Shown here: one piece after another, positions 36,001 to 48,291 of the stretch
How positions within the stretch are numbered: the stretch's first letter is position 1
Layout of the letters: each line of letters begins with the position of its first letter
Assembly: GCA_951804945.1 (NCBI GenBank)
Contig: OX638162.1
Location: 30,070,001-30,134,000 of the forward strand
Reading direction: 5' to 3'
Source: Podarcis cretensis
Lineage: Eukaryota
DNA length: 64,000 bases
Notes under the pieces: generated by a model
What the model was told of the DNA's origin: nothing
The model's database searches: none
Seen by the model: only the letters and a program-made list of their open reading frames with translations
Position numbers and translations under genes: made by a program

Positions 36001-39000
36001 TAGGCCCAACTGGGCCAGACTGACAATATCTCTAGGGCTGCTTTCATCAGTTTTCCCCATGCGTGGGTGAACTGCCCATGTCAGAGAGGGCTGAGCCCCA
36101 GAGAGGTATTTGGAGGGGCAGGAAAGCGTGTCTTGCTCCCTCCATCCTTCCAGATACTCGTAGCTGCTGCTAGGGAGGTGAAGGATGTTGGTATTTAATG
36201 GCATCTGAGGGGTTTTCTGAACTAGAGGTCCTTGTGGGTGCTTGAGGCCCCAGCATTCTGGGGCACTTTCTGGGGCCACCAAATACTGGCCAGGTTGCTT
36301 CACTGCTAGCAGGCTCATAGGCCTTAGCTATTTCTTTGGCAGGATTGATACTTTCTGAGCCTGTCTCTCTCTTCTGCCTATAGCTCCCGGAAGGCGCCAT
36401 CCGTCTTCACTCGAGTCTGTGAAGTACAGCGTGAAGAAGACAAGGCTCAGCGCCCTGAGCTGCCTTGTCCACTATTCAGGCAAGTCCATGGAAGGCCTCC
36501 CTGGTGCTGTCTCTAGGGCTGTCTCTGCGCAACTTCCCTTCCACATGAACTAATAACTCATCCCAGTGTGGGAATGTTCAGGGATGCAGGAGAGGATATA
36601 TTGTGTGATTATATCCTTATCCAACTTGTGTTAACAAGTTCCCAATATCAGCAGAGTAAAAACATTCTCCTTAAAGTTTGCAACGGTAGCTTCTGCTCAG
36701 GTTCGCTAGAACCTCTATAATAATTACTCTGGTAATTTCCCCTTTATTCCCTCTTAAAATACAAGACACGACACAGTCCTTTACAAAATATAAAAAGAGT
36801 TTACTCACATTCTGTTCACAGTCGGATCCCAGAAGGCAGACAGGCTAATAAAGAAATATACATTTGGTATCTACCTTATAAGAAGATAGTCTCTTTCTCC
36901 TCTCTTGGTTGGGAGCCAAGAGGGCATCTTTAGCATAGCAGATGTTGCTTCTTCGAAGGAAGAGAAGAGAGAGAGAGAGAGAGATGGCTGCCCCTGCCCT
37001 GTGCTTCTGTTGTTACCTGCACAGGTGAGGCCACACCCACCTCTAGTCACATGTGGAGGAAGTCTGTCCCAGGAAGTTTACCTGCTGGCTGGACAAACAT
37101 CCCTCCCCATGTCTAAACACATACACTCTAGGAATGTTGTAATTGACTGCTCCTGTGTTTTACATCCCACACCCAGGCCATGTGCTGCTTTCCTCTGTGT
37201 GCAGTAGATACTCCTGGGAAATCCCTCCCCTAGCTAAGGTGCGTCTTGGCTTTGCTGAGCCACCCCAAGTTCTGCCTGTTGGAATCATATGCTTGTGCCA
37301 GGCCTGTTGCCAGTTGTGAGGCAAGCAGGATACACCTAGGACATGCTCAGTGGGCGGTGTTTGTCCCAGGGCAGCTGGTCTTGCAGGGTGAGGGCTATAA
37401 AACAGCAGCAGTTGAAAGATCCTTTTTCTGAGCAGGTCTCCTGGACAGCCAGGCAGCTTATTGGGACAGTTGGCATCACGCAAATGCGATAGATTGCGGG
37501 ATATTTTTCTGAATGCTCTGTCCCTTTGTGTGTGTTCATATGCATGCATGGCTTGTTTAGTCATTGGATATACCTGTCAACAGCAAAAATACACCTAAAG
37601 TAAAAATATGCCTATGTAGTCTCTGTACAATATGAAATTCTGCATACTTGATGGTTTATGTACAGGGATTAAAGGGAAGACTCCAAATCACAGACCCTTT
37701 TAATCTTGAATGGGTAGCCATGGACAAAGCCATGAACAAAAGGTCTTTCAACACAGTCATTCCAAATGGGGCTGCAGGCTGAGAATCAGCTTATCTCTTA
37801 GTAAGGGAGAACTTTGCCTTTGTATCTGCTTCTGGGTTCCCTAGGAACATCTGACTTGCCCCTGCTGGTAACAGAAGACGAGATTTGGATGGACATTCAT
37901 TGTGATCTGGCAGAGCTCCTCTCATGCTTTTCTGATTGCTTTCAGGGGTGACCTGTTCAATTTCCCAAGTTCCCAGGAGGAGCAGGAGCCACCTGCAACC
38001 TGGCAAAGCCAGCGAAGGCTTGTGCCGCTGGGTTGTGGACCAGTCCAGGACTCTGGCTTGAGCGCTAAGCGGACAGTGGGTTGTGCAGAGGAGGGAGAGG
38101 ACATGGAAGTTGAAACAGCAGGAACTCAGGAGCAAAAAGAACAGAGGGCCCCCCAAAAGGCAGCTTCCGTTCTGGTGGCTGCAGGGAATGATGGAGCTCA
38201 AACGCCAAAATCTGGCACCAGCAGCAAGGGGACGCAGGCTGTGGCAGAGTTCCTTCGAGGGCCAGCGGAATTCACGTCAGCAGCCACACAAACAGTGCCT
38301 ACTGGCCAGGTGGAGGTGGGGACCAGCACGGCTGGGTTGTGGCCTGGACAGCAGGACACTAAAGTGCAGGTGGAAGAGGACCATGGATCTAGGCCTGCCA
38401 GGGCTGGGCATGCGCCAGGGACCCAGCACAACCAGGTGAGAGGGAGTTGGATCATGTACTTGGAAAAGGGGGAGGGGGGAGAGAGGTGCAGCTGCCTGTG
38501 GCAGGGGCAAAGGATTATCTACTACCTCCTGGTCTCAGCTTTTAGAGTGGGAGGTGGCAGTTGCCACATGTGCCTCCCCCAGACTTTCCAACTCTGAGCA
38601 AGGTGGGAAGAAGCAGCCTCATCAAGAGAAGCACTTTGATTGGTCAGCCTAAAGGTCCACCAAGTCCCCCTCACAGTAGTGATCAGCCAGGTGCTAGTGA
38701 GAAGCCCACAAGGGTGGCAATGGCTATCCCGGCCTCTGAACGTATTTCGTTTGTTTATATATAAATACAGTCAAACCTCTGTGGAAGACCGTTCGGCTTC
38801 CAAAAATCATTCAAAAACCGGAGCAGTTACTTCTGGGTTTTCGGGAGCTGAGGTTTGGCTGTATGAGATTTATATTTAAATATATTTATAAATTTATTTC
38901 ATATGTCACGACATGCCATATAGGTGAAAACTGCACAATTACAGTCAAAATGTCAAACAGATCAGGCAGAGCTGTCTGACAAAGAAATCTCAAACTATTG

Positions 39001-42000
39001 CCATCATAGGTGAATGGTTTCTGCAAGTGCATGTGATGACCCTGTCCTGTGACAGTGAATTTCAGGAGGGCATGATTGTCCAGATGCATTTTGGGGCATG
39101 TCCTGCATTTGCTGCCAGTTGCTTGTATTGGATAATTCTGGTGCTGCAGGAGGCCTCTCTTGTCACCAAGCCATTTTTAGTTGCCCTTTTATGTGCCATT
39201 TGCAGCTCTGTGAAAGCCGTTCGTGCCTCTAATAGCAAGCTCAGGTGGTGAGTGCTGATGGGATTCGAGCTAAGAAACAGTGGAGAGCTGCTGTTGCCTG
39301 TTAGTGTCCAGATGGTACTGAGCTGGATTGACCAGTGCTGTTTAATTCTGTATAATGCAGTCTCCTGTTCCTCTGACAGTGATGTTCCCCTTTTATTCCA
39401 AACAGCAGTGTGCTGTGGAGGAATCTCTGAAAACTTTCTGCCTTTTTCTTTTCTTCAGCACGAGGAAGGGTTTGATTTGCCTCGCCCGCCCCCAGGCAGA
39501 GCCCTCCGGCGTCATATACGGACCATCCGCGAAGTACGAACTGTTGTCACACGACTCATCACAGACATCTACTACAAGGATGGGGCAGAAGTGGAACGCA
39601 AGGTAGTGGAGGTAAGGCGAGAGATGTCAAGGCTGGGACAGTTCAGAAAACTTTCTGCGTTTTTTAAAGAGAATTTTTCCTACTTTTTCCAACCAATAAT
39701 TTTGCTGTTTTGGAGAACACTGAATAAGACTCAAATAAAATGCTTTCTCCTTTGGATTAAATAAGCAAGACAAACCTGTTACTCAAAATGAGTTGTCAAA
39801 CACCAGCACTACCTATTCCTGTACAGGAGAATTCATCATTAAACCCCCACAAGTTCATTCCTGTAGCGGACAGGGCATGCTTGCTCTTGTTCCTTTGGGC
39901 TGCCAGATGGGTGTGTGGACCTCAGAAAGGGAAATCTCTGACCTTATCCCATGTGATCTTGGGACAGTCACTTGCCCGCTTGTTGTCTCTAGGCCTCCAT
40001 CTCCTTTTCATTGGTTTCCTAGGGCTTCTTGTGCTTTGCCAGTTGCTTCTCTGAGTTTGCCATATTGGTCCCCTACTTGATAATACACACTATATCATAC
40101 GCATCCAGGCCATTTTGGAGCCACAAATCCTGCTCCCTATCTTGCACCTTTGAGTGTTGGACCTGTGAACCTTAAGGTACTGTGATCACAAATTACCTAT
40201 TTGGTGCTGGTTGTTGACATGTGAGCATCTACTCTTGCATTGTATTCTTTTTAAGACTTGCAGCAGAGTTTCTTTTACAGAGAATCTTTATTATATACAA
40301 AAAAATTACACCGGTCAAATAAAACTAATAAAACAATATAATTCCTTCTCCTCTAGCCATCTGACCAGAGACTCAATTGCTGACTCATTTACAACTTTGT
40401 TCATTTACACACTAACTGACCTTTATTGACCACATGCACTTAATAAAGGCACCTGTTGCTGGGGAGATTTTTCTGTTGCCTAGCAACCTGTTCAAGACCA
40501 ATTCTCAAGTTCTTTCTAGAATATTCCAGCAGCCCTCCTAACTTGAAATTCTGTCTTTAACACCTGGCAATTTTTTTCTGCTTTTACTCAGTAAGACCCA
40601 ATTCCATAGTCAGCATTTTAAATTTAAAGGCTTTGTAAAAATATATGCAATCATAAACCCTGTAGAACAATACCTAAGCTTGATCCATCCTTTTAAAATG
40701 CAATCTTTTACATGTGCATAGCATATATCTAAGTGTTTTGGTTTCGGTTTACATTTTTCTGTCTTTCCTGCAACTGGACTATACACACCAGAGTTTCCTG
40801 CAAGACTCTTTCAAGATCAGATAGGCATTGTGTGGGGTGTTTTCACCATCAGCTTATTTCTCTGAGTTTTCTCTGGCTGCTAATACTGTTAAGGCAGGTT
40901 TTATTTTTAAATTGCTTCTTGAAAATTTAAAGGAGCTTTGGGGAGGTAGGGAACCTTGGAGTAGGTGAGCTTTTGTCAGGGTTTGCTTCTGCAGTTCAGC
41001 TCTGCTCTTTTGAGATGGGCGCTTGAAGTGCCTTCTCCAGCGAAAAGAACATCATTTTGCCTGTTCTGACCTTACAGGTAAGTATTTTATTTTGTTGAGC
41101 AGAGGAGAGTGGAATAAAATGCCTTGTGGCTAAAGGGTGCGGCACTTTCTCCCTCTTTCTCTGATAGAGCTGAGCATCAACAGGATGGATACCCAAAGAG
41201 TTTCCTGTTTAGAATGTCAGAAAGTAGCTCTGTTGTGGGAAGAGCACTGCTCTGGGAGCTTTGCCCTGCCCTACATGTATCTGGCTGAGAGGGACTTGAC
41301 TGTGGATGGATCCCTCTTGGGATCTGAAAGCGCTGGTCCTAGGGCATCTCTCCCCTTGTATCTGGCACCTGGCACCTTCCCTCCCTCCCTTGAATCCCAG
41401 TCTGCTTTTCTTTCAGGAGAGAGAGGACCCCATCATGGAGTGCCAGGAGAGCGAGGTGGACGTCTCCCCCTCTCGCACGGGAGGCTCTTCTTCGCTTGCC
41501 TCTGGAGACCTTGGTGACATCAGCTCCTTCTCATCCAAGGCCTCTGGCCTCCAGCGCATGTCCAGTGGAGGGAGCAGTGCCTTGTCCGTCACACACAGTG
41601 GGACAAGTTCTGGGCAAGGAGGCACTCTTCTGAGAGGAGGGAGACCTTGCCAAGGAGCCGGGCCTGGAGACTTGGCCTTCCCAGGGGTCAGAAAGCTCAG
41701 GTGGGTGCAGGGCCTCTGGGAAAAGGACATCAGAGGAAGGCTTCACTTTGGGGGAACAGCAGGGTGGAAGAGAAAGAGGCCATTTTGCATTCTTTGGAGT
41801 ATTGTTTCAGGTGGGGCATGAATATGACTCTGTCAGTGTGTTGTTTAACCAGATTCCAAACTGAAAGCCTGTGCTATACTTTTAAAAGGCCATGGGTTCT
41901 AAAACGAATTGAATTTATTCACAGTTGGCGAGTTAATATTTTTGATGTCAAGGTTTTAAATACTTGAAGGTTGGTGTTGTATTGAGTGATGTTTCAAACT

Positions 42001-45000
42001 GGGGGAACAATGCGGCAAATCATGTTGGGTTGCCTTGTGAGCAGCTTTATCTGGGCTTTGCTGTTTACCTTGAAATGCGAGGGATAAATTCTTTGTGCCC
42101 ACAGTTCTGTGCCATGACCCTGGGAGCATGTGTGGGGCCTCCAGGGCATTGTGGCTGGCAGGCAGGCTGGCTGTGCAGAGGTTAACGCTGCCTTTGGTTT
42201 CCCTAGCCCTAGGAAGGGGGGCAGCCAGCCTCAGTCTCCAGTCCAGCCTGACCATGCAGCAGTTACTGGGGTGTGTGAGGAGGAAGCGCAAGGCATGATC
42301 AACCAGAGGAGTGGCAGAGCCCCTCCAACTCCTCGCAGACGAGGGCGAAGGGGCCGCCTCACATCGCGATCGGCCGGAGCCAGGTAGCGTGGTGAAGGTC
42401 AGCTGATGCTGATGAGGGAGGTGACCCTGGTGGGGTGGAGTAGCAAGAGCTAAAGGCCCTTGCAGCTTCTCCAGCTGTTTCTCTCCCTGGATCTGCAGGG
42501 CCAGCTTGCCAGCTGTGGAGGATCTGTCAACCACAGCCTTGCCAGAAGAGGACTGCCACACGCATCGCCCTTTGAAGGGGCAGGACCGCAGCATCTCCCC
42601 TGAAATCCCCTTGCAAGAGCGTCTGGGGGTTTCTACCAGCACAGAGCTTTCCTCTGCCGCCGCCACCTCTTCTGCGGACAGCTTTGTGGGCCTCCGGGTG
42701 GTGGCAAAGTGGTCCTCGAATGGCTACTTCTACTCTGGGACTATCACACAGGATGTAGGGGGTGTCAAATATAAGCTGCGCTTTGACGATGGCTATGAAT
42801 GTGATGTTCCAGGCAAAGACATCTTGCTGTGCGACCCTCTCCCCCTGGAAACAGAGGTGACGGCCCTTTCGGAGGACGAATACTTCAGCGCAGGTAACTC
42901 GTCTGGCTGGCAAGGGACCTGCAGTGTTTGGGGTGGGCGGTAGGGGGGAGTTGGGTCCCAGGCTGTGAGCTGCCCTTATGATGCCTTCTGCCTTGGCTGC
43001 AGGGGTAGTGAAGGGGCACCGGAAGGAGGCTGGGGAGCTGTTCTATTGCATTGAGAAGGAGGGCCAGCGGAAGTGGTACCGGCGGAGAGCAGTCATCTTG
43101 TCTTTAGAGCAAGGGAATCGGCTCCGAGAGCAATTTGGGTTGGGCCCCTACGAACCCGTCATGCCCCTGACAAAGGCGGCTGACATCAGCCTTGGTAAGC
43201 AGCCTGTAGGCAACTGCCCTGTGGGTCTGGCCAAGAGAAATGGGAACACCTAGGAACCTCTTGAGGGCTGGAGCTGCAGGATGCTGGCCTTGGGTAAACT
43301 CTTCAGTTTTAAGAGGCGCAAGTGACTTCCTTCTGCTACCCTGCAGAAAACATGCAGAGGGGCCTTGGTGCTGCTGCGTGTTGAGGTGGGAGCTAACAAC
43401 ATTTTCCTTGTGGGGCTAGATAACCTGGTGGAAGGAAAGCGGAAAAGGCGCAACCTTGGCTCCCCCAGCACCTCCAACAACACAACACCCACCCGCAAGG
43501 GCCCTGAGAGCCCCCAGACCCCGCACAGGCTGTCTAGCAAGAGGAAGCTAGTTGCCTCAGAAGAGGAGAGATCCCCTGCCAAACGAGGGCGGCGGGCAAC
43601 CCCTACAAAGCCAGGTCAGACTGTTTTATGTCTCCTTGTATTGCATCTCTTCTCCCTGGACCAGATTTTCCCTTCTTGGTCTTCTCCAGCCTTTCCTCCC
43701 AAACCAGAGGAGCTGGAGCTGAGCTCTTGCACCTGGAGGATCAAGGCTCCCCTCCCTCTCCATGACAGAAATTCTAAGTTGAGGCTGCTGACCTGCTGTC
43801 AGGAGGCAGCCACAGGACTTTGATTTTCCTCCCTCCCTCCACAGGGGCTGCCTGTTCCAGGGAAGCAGTGAGCCCATCTGTCAGTGGAGGGGACTTGGGA
43901 GATATCCCGGCACCAGATGACCGATGGGGGCCTATGCCCCACAACAAGACTCTCTTTCTGGGCTATGCCTTTCTCCTCACAATGGCAGACCCCACAGATA
44001 AACTCTCCAGTTGCCAGGAGCCTGCAGTGAGCAGCGAAGAGGAAGGTGAGTGCTCCATTGCTCCAGGGAGGCTGTTGGGGGCAAGGGTGGCCCTCGTTGA
44101 CTGAATCTGGTTAAGCCATTGCTCATTTAGGGTGGTGACAGAGAAGTGGGTGACAGAGAAGGCAGAACTAGTAAGGGACCAAAGGGGGCCCACCTAGTTC
44201 AGCATCTTGTTCACATGGGGGCCAAAGGAAGGCAGCTTGGCCAAGGATCCCTGGTAGGGATTCTGCTAGCTCTGGTTTCTGTCCTCTTTGCAGGATAGTG
44301 GTGTGCCTACAAGGGCTAAGGAAGTGGCAAGTTGTGGGGCTGCAAAAACTTGAAGTCAGCAAGCCAGTATCTTACTGCACTTTCCAAAGTTAGTTTATTG
44401 AGGGGATAGTTTAACCTGGGACTTGGTAAGACTGGCTGTATCCTTGCACCTTGCCAGCAGTGTGCAAGCACATCACAGGAGGGCTGTTGGGCAACATGAC
44501 AGTGTGAAATCCCTTGAAGGCTACTTGGGGAGCCGTGCCAGGTGGCAGTCATGCCTTCTGCTATTCCAGGTCCTAGAAGCCCCAAAGATAAGGAATTTCC
44601 AATTGTGGGGCAGAACATGTTTGCCATCTTGTGGCCCTTTAAGAGAAATCAGTGATTTGGGAATGAGCTGCAGATCTCTCCTACAACTTTCATGCTCCTT
44701 ACAGCTACCATTTGGGGCTCGCTTTAGGGCTCAAAAAATAATTTCACTAACTTAACAGTCAATTTCTGAACATGGCTCCAAGTGTTGGTGCTTACCTTTT
44801 AAAACCCTTTGCAGCAAGGGGCTTGGATTTTTGAAGGACCACCACCTTCTGAACGAACCAGCCCAGGTACTGAGGTCATCACTGAAGGCTCTTCTCTGGG
44901 TTCCGCCTCCTTCTCTTAATTGCATGTGTGCTGTCCTGAAGGTTTTCTTGGCAATAGCACACCCCTTTGGGTCACTTTCCTCACCTGTTACTACTATCTC

Positions 45001-47031
45001 TTATGTCATCTTGGCACTAGGTGAAGACCTTTCTGCGTTTCTCTAGGCATCTCTAAATGTCTAAATAATCTGTGCTGCACACACGTTCTTGTCAATTGTA
45101 TTATTTTCTGTTGAGTATAAAAGCAGTTCTTAGAGCACATTACTGAACAGTGGAGAATAATTTTTAAAGTGAATAGCTGTTCCTAGTTATGTTTTGTCTC
45201 TGAACTGAATTTCAATGCAGTTGTTTTAATGTTCTTTATTTAACAAAATTCATAGTTTACAAAGAAAAATCAAAATACTAACTTAAAAATTGACAGAAGC
45301 GAGCATTTAAAAGAAGTCAACATGCAGCTTTTAAAATAGAAATAAAAATTGAGATTTTGATTGTGTGGAAATGTTTCACAGTTCTCCTGCAAGGGAAGAG
45401 GTGTAGTGCTCTATTTATGCTAAAGAATTAACTCCGCTAACTTCATCCTGTTTTCTAGACTTCTTGGAGGTAACACCTTACAACAAACACTACATTGGAC
45501 TGCAGCTGCAAGCTGGAGGTGGTTTCATCCTGGAGGACTTCAATGAAAGCCAGGTCAGGAGCCAGAGCTGGGGATACATGAAGTAGCATCACCTAGGTTG
45601 GCAGTGGAGATTTATTTAGAGAGGGTGTTGGTGCTTTGCTGCTGTTTTCCTTTTAATGATGAAATGGATGCTTTTCTGGGTGTGGTCCAAGGGAGGCAGG
45701 TGCGTGACGGGTGGCAGCTTCACCTGCACACAGGTTGTCAAATGGGAATTGCCAATTGTTCTCCTTTCAAGACCTGGGATGAGAAAAGGAGGTGCCTGGC
45801 CATGATGCCTCTTGGAATGGGACAGATCTTGATAGGAGCTGCTTGAAATAGAGGCAGAGAGAGCCTCTTTTCCTTCCATTGGCACATTTCTAAATTCTCT
45901 ACTTCTGCCAGTACTCAGCCTTCCATTTTGCAGTTAGCCTGGCTGGCTAGTTGGTGTCAAATAAGCATTTGACCACACCCGGTGTTTTATACTGAACCTG
46001 CAGCCTCTTCCAGGGCTTTGTGTTTGTATGGAAGCCCAGGTCTCAGCCTCCACTTCCTTTGTCCAGTGCAGTGCAGCCTACAAGTGCTTCCTGATAGCAG
46101 ACAGACACTGCCGCAACCGGATTTACTTTCTGTGCCTTGCCCGAGGAATCCCCTGTGTGTCTCACGTCTGGGTCCATGACAGTTGTCATGCCAACCAGCT
46201 GCAGAACTACCGGAATTATTTGTTGCCAGCTGGTTATAGCCTGCAGGAGCAGAGGTTGCTGGACTGGTAAGTCCGTGAATGTTGGAGGGACCATGAGCAG
46301 CTTACCCACTTGGTGCAGGTGGAACAGGGTGGCATGCCCAGTTTCTTTGCAGTGGAGCTGCCTCTAACTTTTGCTTCTTTCTAGGCACTCCCGTGAGAAC
46401 CCTTTCAGTAAGCTGAAGGTGCTTCTGGTGTCCAGTGAGCAGCAGGACTTCCTGGAGCTCTGGTCTGAGATTCTTATGATGGGGGGCGCTGCTTCTGTTA
46501 AGCTGCAGGAATCTGCCTCATGGAGCAAAGGTACAAGCCCTGGAAGGCAGCCAGCTGGTTTCTGTGGCGGGTAGATTGGCAAGAGGCTCTCCGTTGCCCA
46601 CTGAGACATACCAATCCCCCTGTGCAGAAAAGAGGCCTGCTTTAACTTATCGATTCCTGAGGGTTGCTGAGAAGTTGGATGAGGCAGGGCAAGAATTGAA
46701 TGGCTGCTTCTCCCTTCACCCCTTTCCTTGTGTGGAGCTGCCATCCATCCTTTTCCAAAGGCAGCAAGATCAAGTACCTGGTGCTGTGAACAAGCAGGAG
46801 GAAAGGTTTGACCACACAGGGCAATTCTTGTTTTCTGTTTCCACAGATGTGAGTCTGGCTGTGTTTGATGTCGTGGTGACTGATGCTTCGTGCCCAACAG
46901 CTTTCTTGAAATGTGCTGAAGCGCTACAGCTGCCAGTGGTGACCCAAGAGTGGGTGATCCAGTGCCTCATTGCGGGGAAGAAAGTTGGATTCAAACACCC
47001 AAAGTATCAGCTTGATTCTGTCCCCAGTTGA
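26368..47031 (+). CDS. TP53BP1: TP53-binding protein 1 (53BP1), 25 coding exons, ~1844 aa
   Basis: Phase-consistent exons: 26368-26753, 26834-26898, 27212-27367, 28504-28546, 29299(or 29296)-29465, 30405-30510, 31178-31269, 31545-31702, 32093-33248, 34350-34469, 35307-35531, 35845-35896, 36384-36479 (GC donor), 37946-38435, 39459-39611, 41417-41700, 42207-42383, 42499-42893, 43003-43194, 43420-43614, 43845-44045, 45459-45553, 46067-46266, 46385-46530, 46847-47031. Motifs: [28 protein letters not shown]8 site SAATQT, oligomerisation domain ([15 protein letters not shown]), GAR, tandem Tudor ([16 protein letters not shown]), UDR ([20 protein letters not shown]), NLS, tandem BRCT. Structure of the first exon is least certain. 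Confidence 0.96.
34825..34890 (-). mobile_element. tRNA-derived SINE head; similar fragments at ~3260-3420, ~27885-27930, ~30570-30760, ~54600-54780
   Basis: Reverse strand shows A-box agtggcagagc and B-box ggttcaatccc. Confidence 0.6.
36567..37171 (-). mobile_element. Solo LTR (605 bp) in the TP53BP1 GC-AG intron
   Basis: TGTGGGA(A)TGT...ACATCCCACA terminal inverted repeats with TG...CA ends; 5-bp TSD CCCAG (36562-36566, 37172-37176); TATA-like and polyA-like signals on the minus strand. Confidence 0.85.
38768..38861. mobile_element. Tc1/mariner (Tigger-like) MITE
   Basis: 12-bp TIR cagtcaaacctc / gaggtttggctg (1 mismatch), flanked by TA on both sides. Confidence 0.8.
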
Positions 47032-47141
47032 ACCTTTTTGCTTTGTGGAGGCTGTCATTGTCACCAAGGTTTTAAATGTCTGTGTCACTTGAACTGTGCA
47101 TGAAGTGCTGTATATAGTTTTAACTTCTGGACTTTTATGAT

Positions 47142-47147
47142 AATAAA
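47142..47147 (+). terminator. TP53BP1 polyadenylation signal
   Basis: AATAAA 110 nt after the stop codon, followed by a T/GT-rich tract. Confidence 0.7.
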
Positions 47148-47697
47148 CGTCAATTTTCTTGTTGCAGTACCTAGGATTTCTCCTCTTACCAACTCTAAAG
47201 TGGCCCAGCATGATTGCTTGCAGCTGCCAGTGGAGGGAAGAAGCGAAAGTTGCTCATTTAATAAGCTGACATCAATTGCTGTAGATGGCCTGTCCTTTTT
47301 ATCCCTTGGTCCAAGAACTGGGTCTCATTCAAGGGTTCCCCAGAGTTCCTTACTCAGTTATACCAGCCTACACTCTGTGTAGATGCAGACTAGGATATGC
47401 CAACAAACGTGGAGGTGTTTACACATTGTTGGTGTAGGACAGCTCATGAGTGGGAGGGGCAATCTCCTTGTGGAGACTCCTGCCCCTCAGATAAGAAAAA
47501 TATATATACACAGTGGATTGGGCACTAGCTAGAGTTCTTCCATGGTATGCTTTTGCTGCTGAACTTGGAAGAGTAGAAAGAAATGTGTGGGCTGGAGAGA
47601 AAAAGCAAAAATAAAACTGATGGCAGAAGAAAATGAAACAAATAGGGGTGGAGGAGGGCAGGTTACCTGAAAGGCACCAGCAGTCTTGCACCACCTG

Positions 47698-47703
47698 TTT
47701 ATT
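47698..47703 (-). terminator. TUBGCP4 polyadenylation signal (probable)
   Basis: First minus-strand AATAAA I noticed after the proposed stop (~590 nt downstream); T-rich sequence follows. Confidence 0.55.
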
Positions 47704-48291
47704 CTCCTCCTCTCCCTCACCGTGTGTGTGAGGAAAAGAAGCTGCACCAAACCCCACACACAAAAAAGTAGAAGGAACACTTTCATTGGCAGACTCAGCC
47801 CAGAATGGAAATATTCAGTATCTTCTCCCTGCTTCCGTATTTAGAGACACGAAATTGCATTTTCAAAAAAGCAACTTTCCTGCAGTTAATCACACTTTCC
47901 CATTAAGAGCAGGTCAACGCTCACCCTGATTTGCACAATGTGGCTCCTGGATGATGAGGGCAATGAGAGAACCTCCTTTGCTCGCAGCCTTACTTGCAGT
48001 GCTAGCAGTAGAAAGAGCCAAATTCGCTGACAAGTGACAGCAGCATTTGAAAACAATTCAAAGTCAATGCTAAGCAGCACTTTCACTTCCGGAAAAACAT
48101 GCAGCATAAGGAGAGCAACAGTAGAGACACATATAATGAAGCACACACTGACCGAGTCCTTTCTGAGTGCCAGGATAAGGTCCTAATATCTCTCAGCACC
48201 TTCCCCTCCAGAAGTCAGAACATGTATCCTGACCAGAGCAGGTTTGCTTCCCAGAAAAGGTGGCAACGGCCTTCATTGTGAGACTGGTGGT

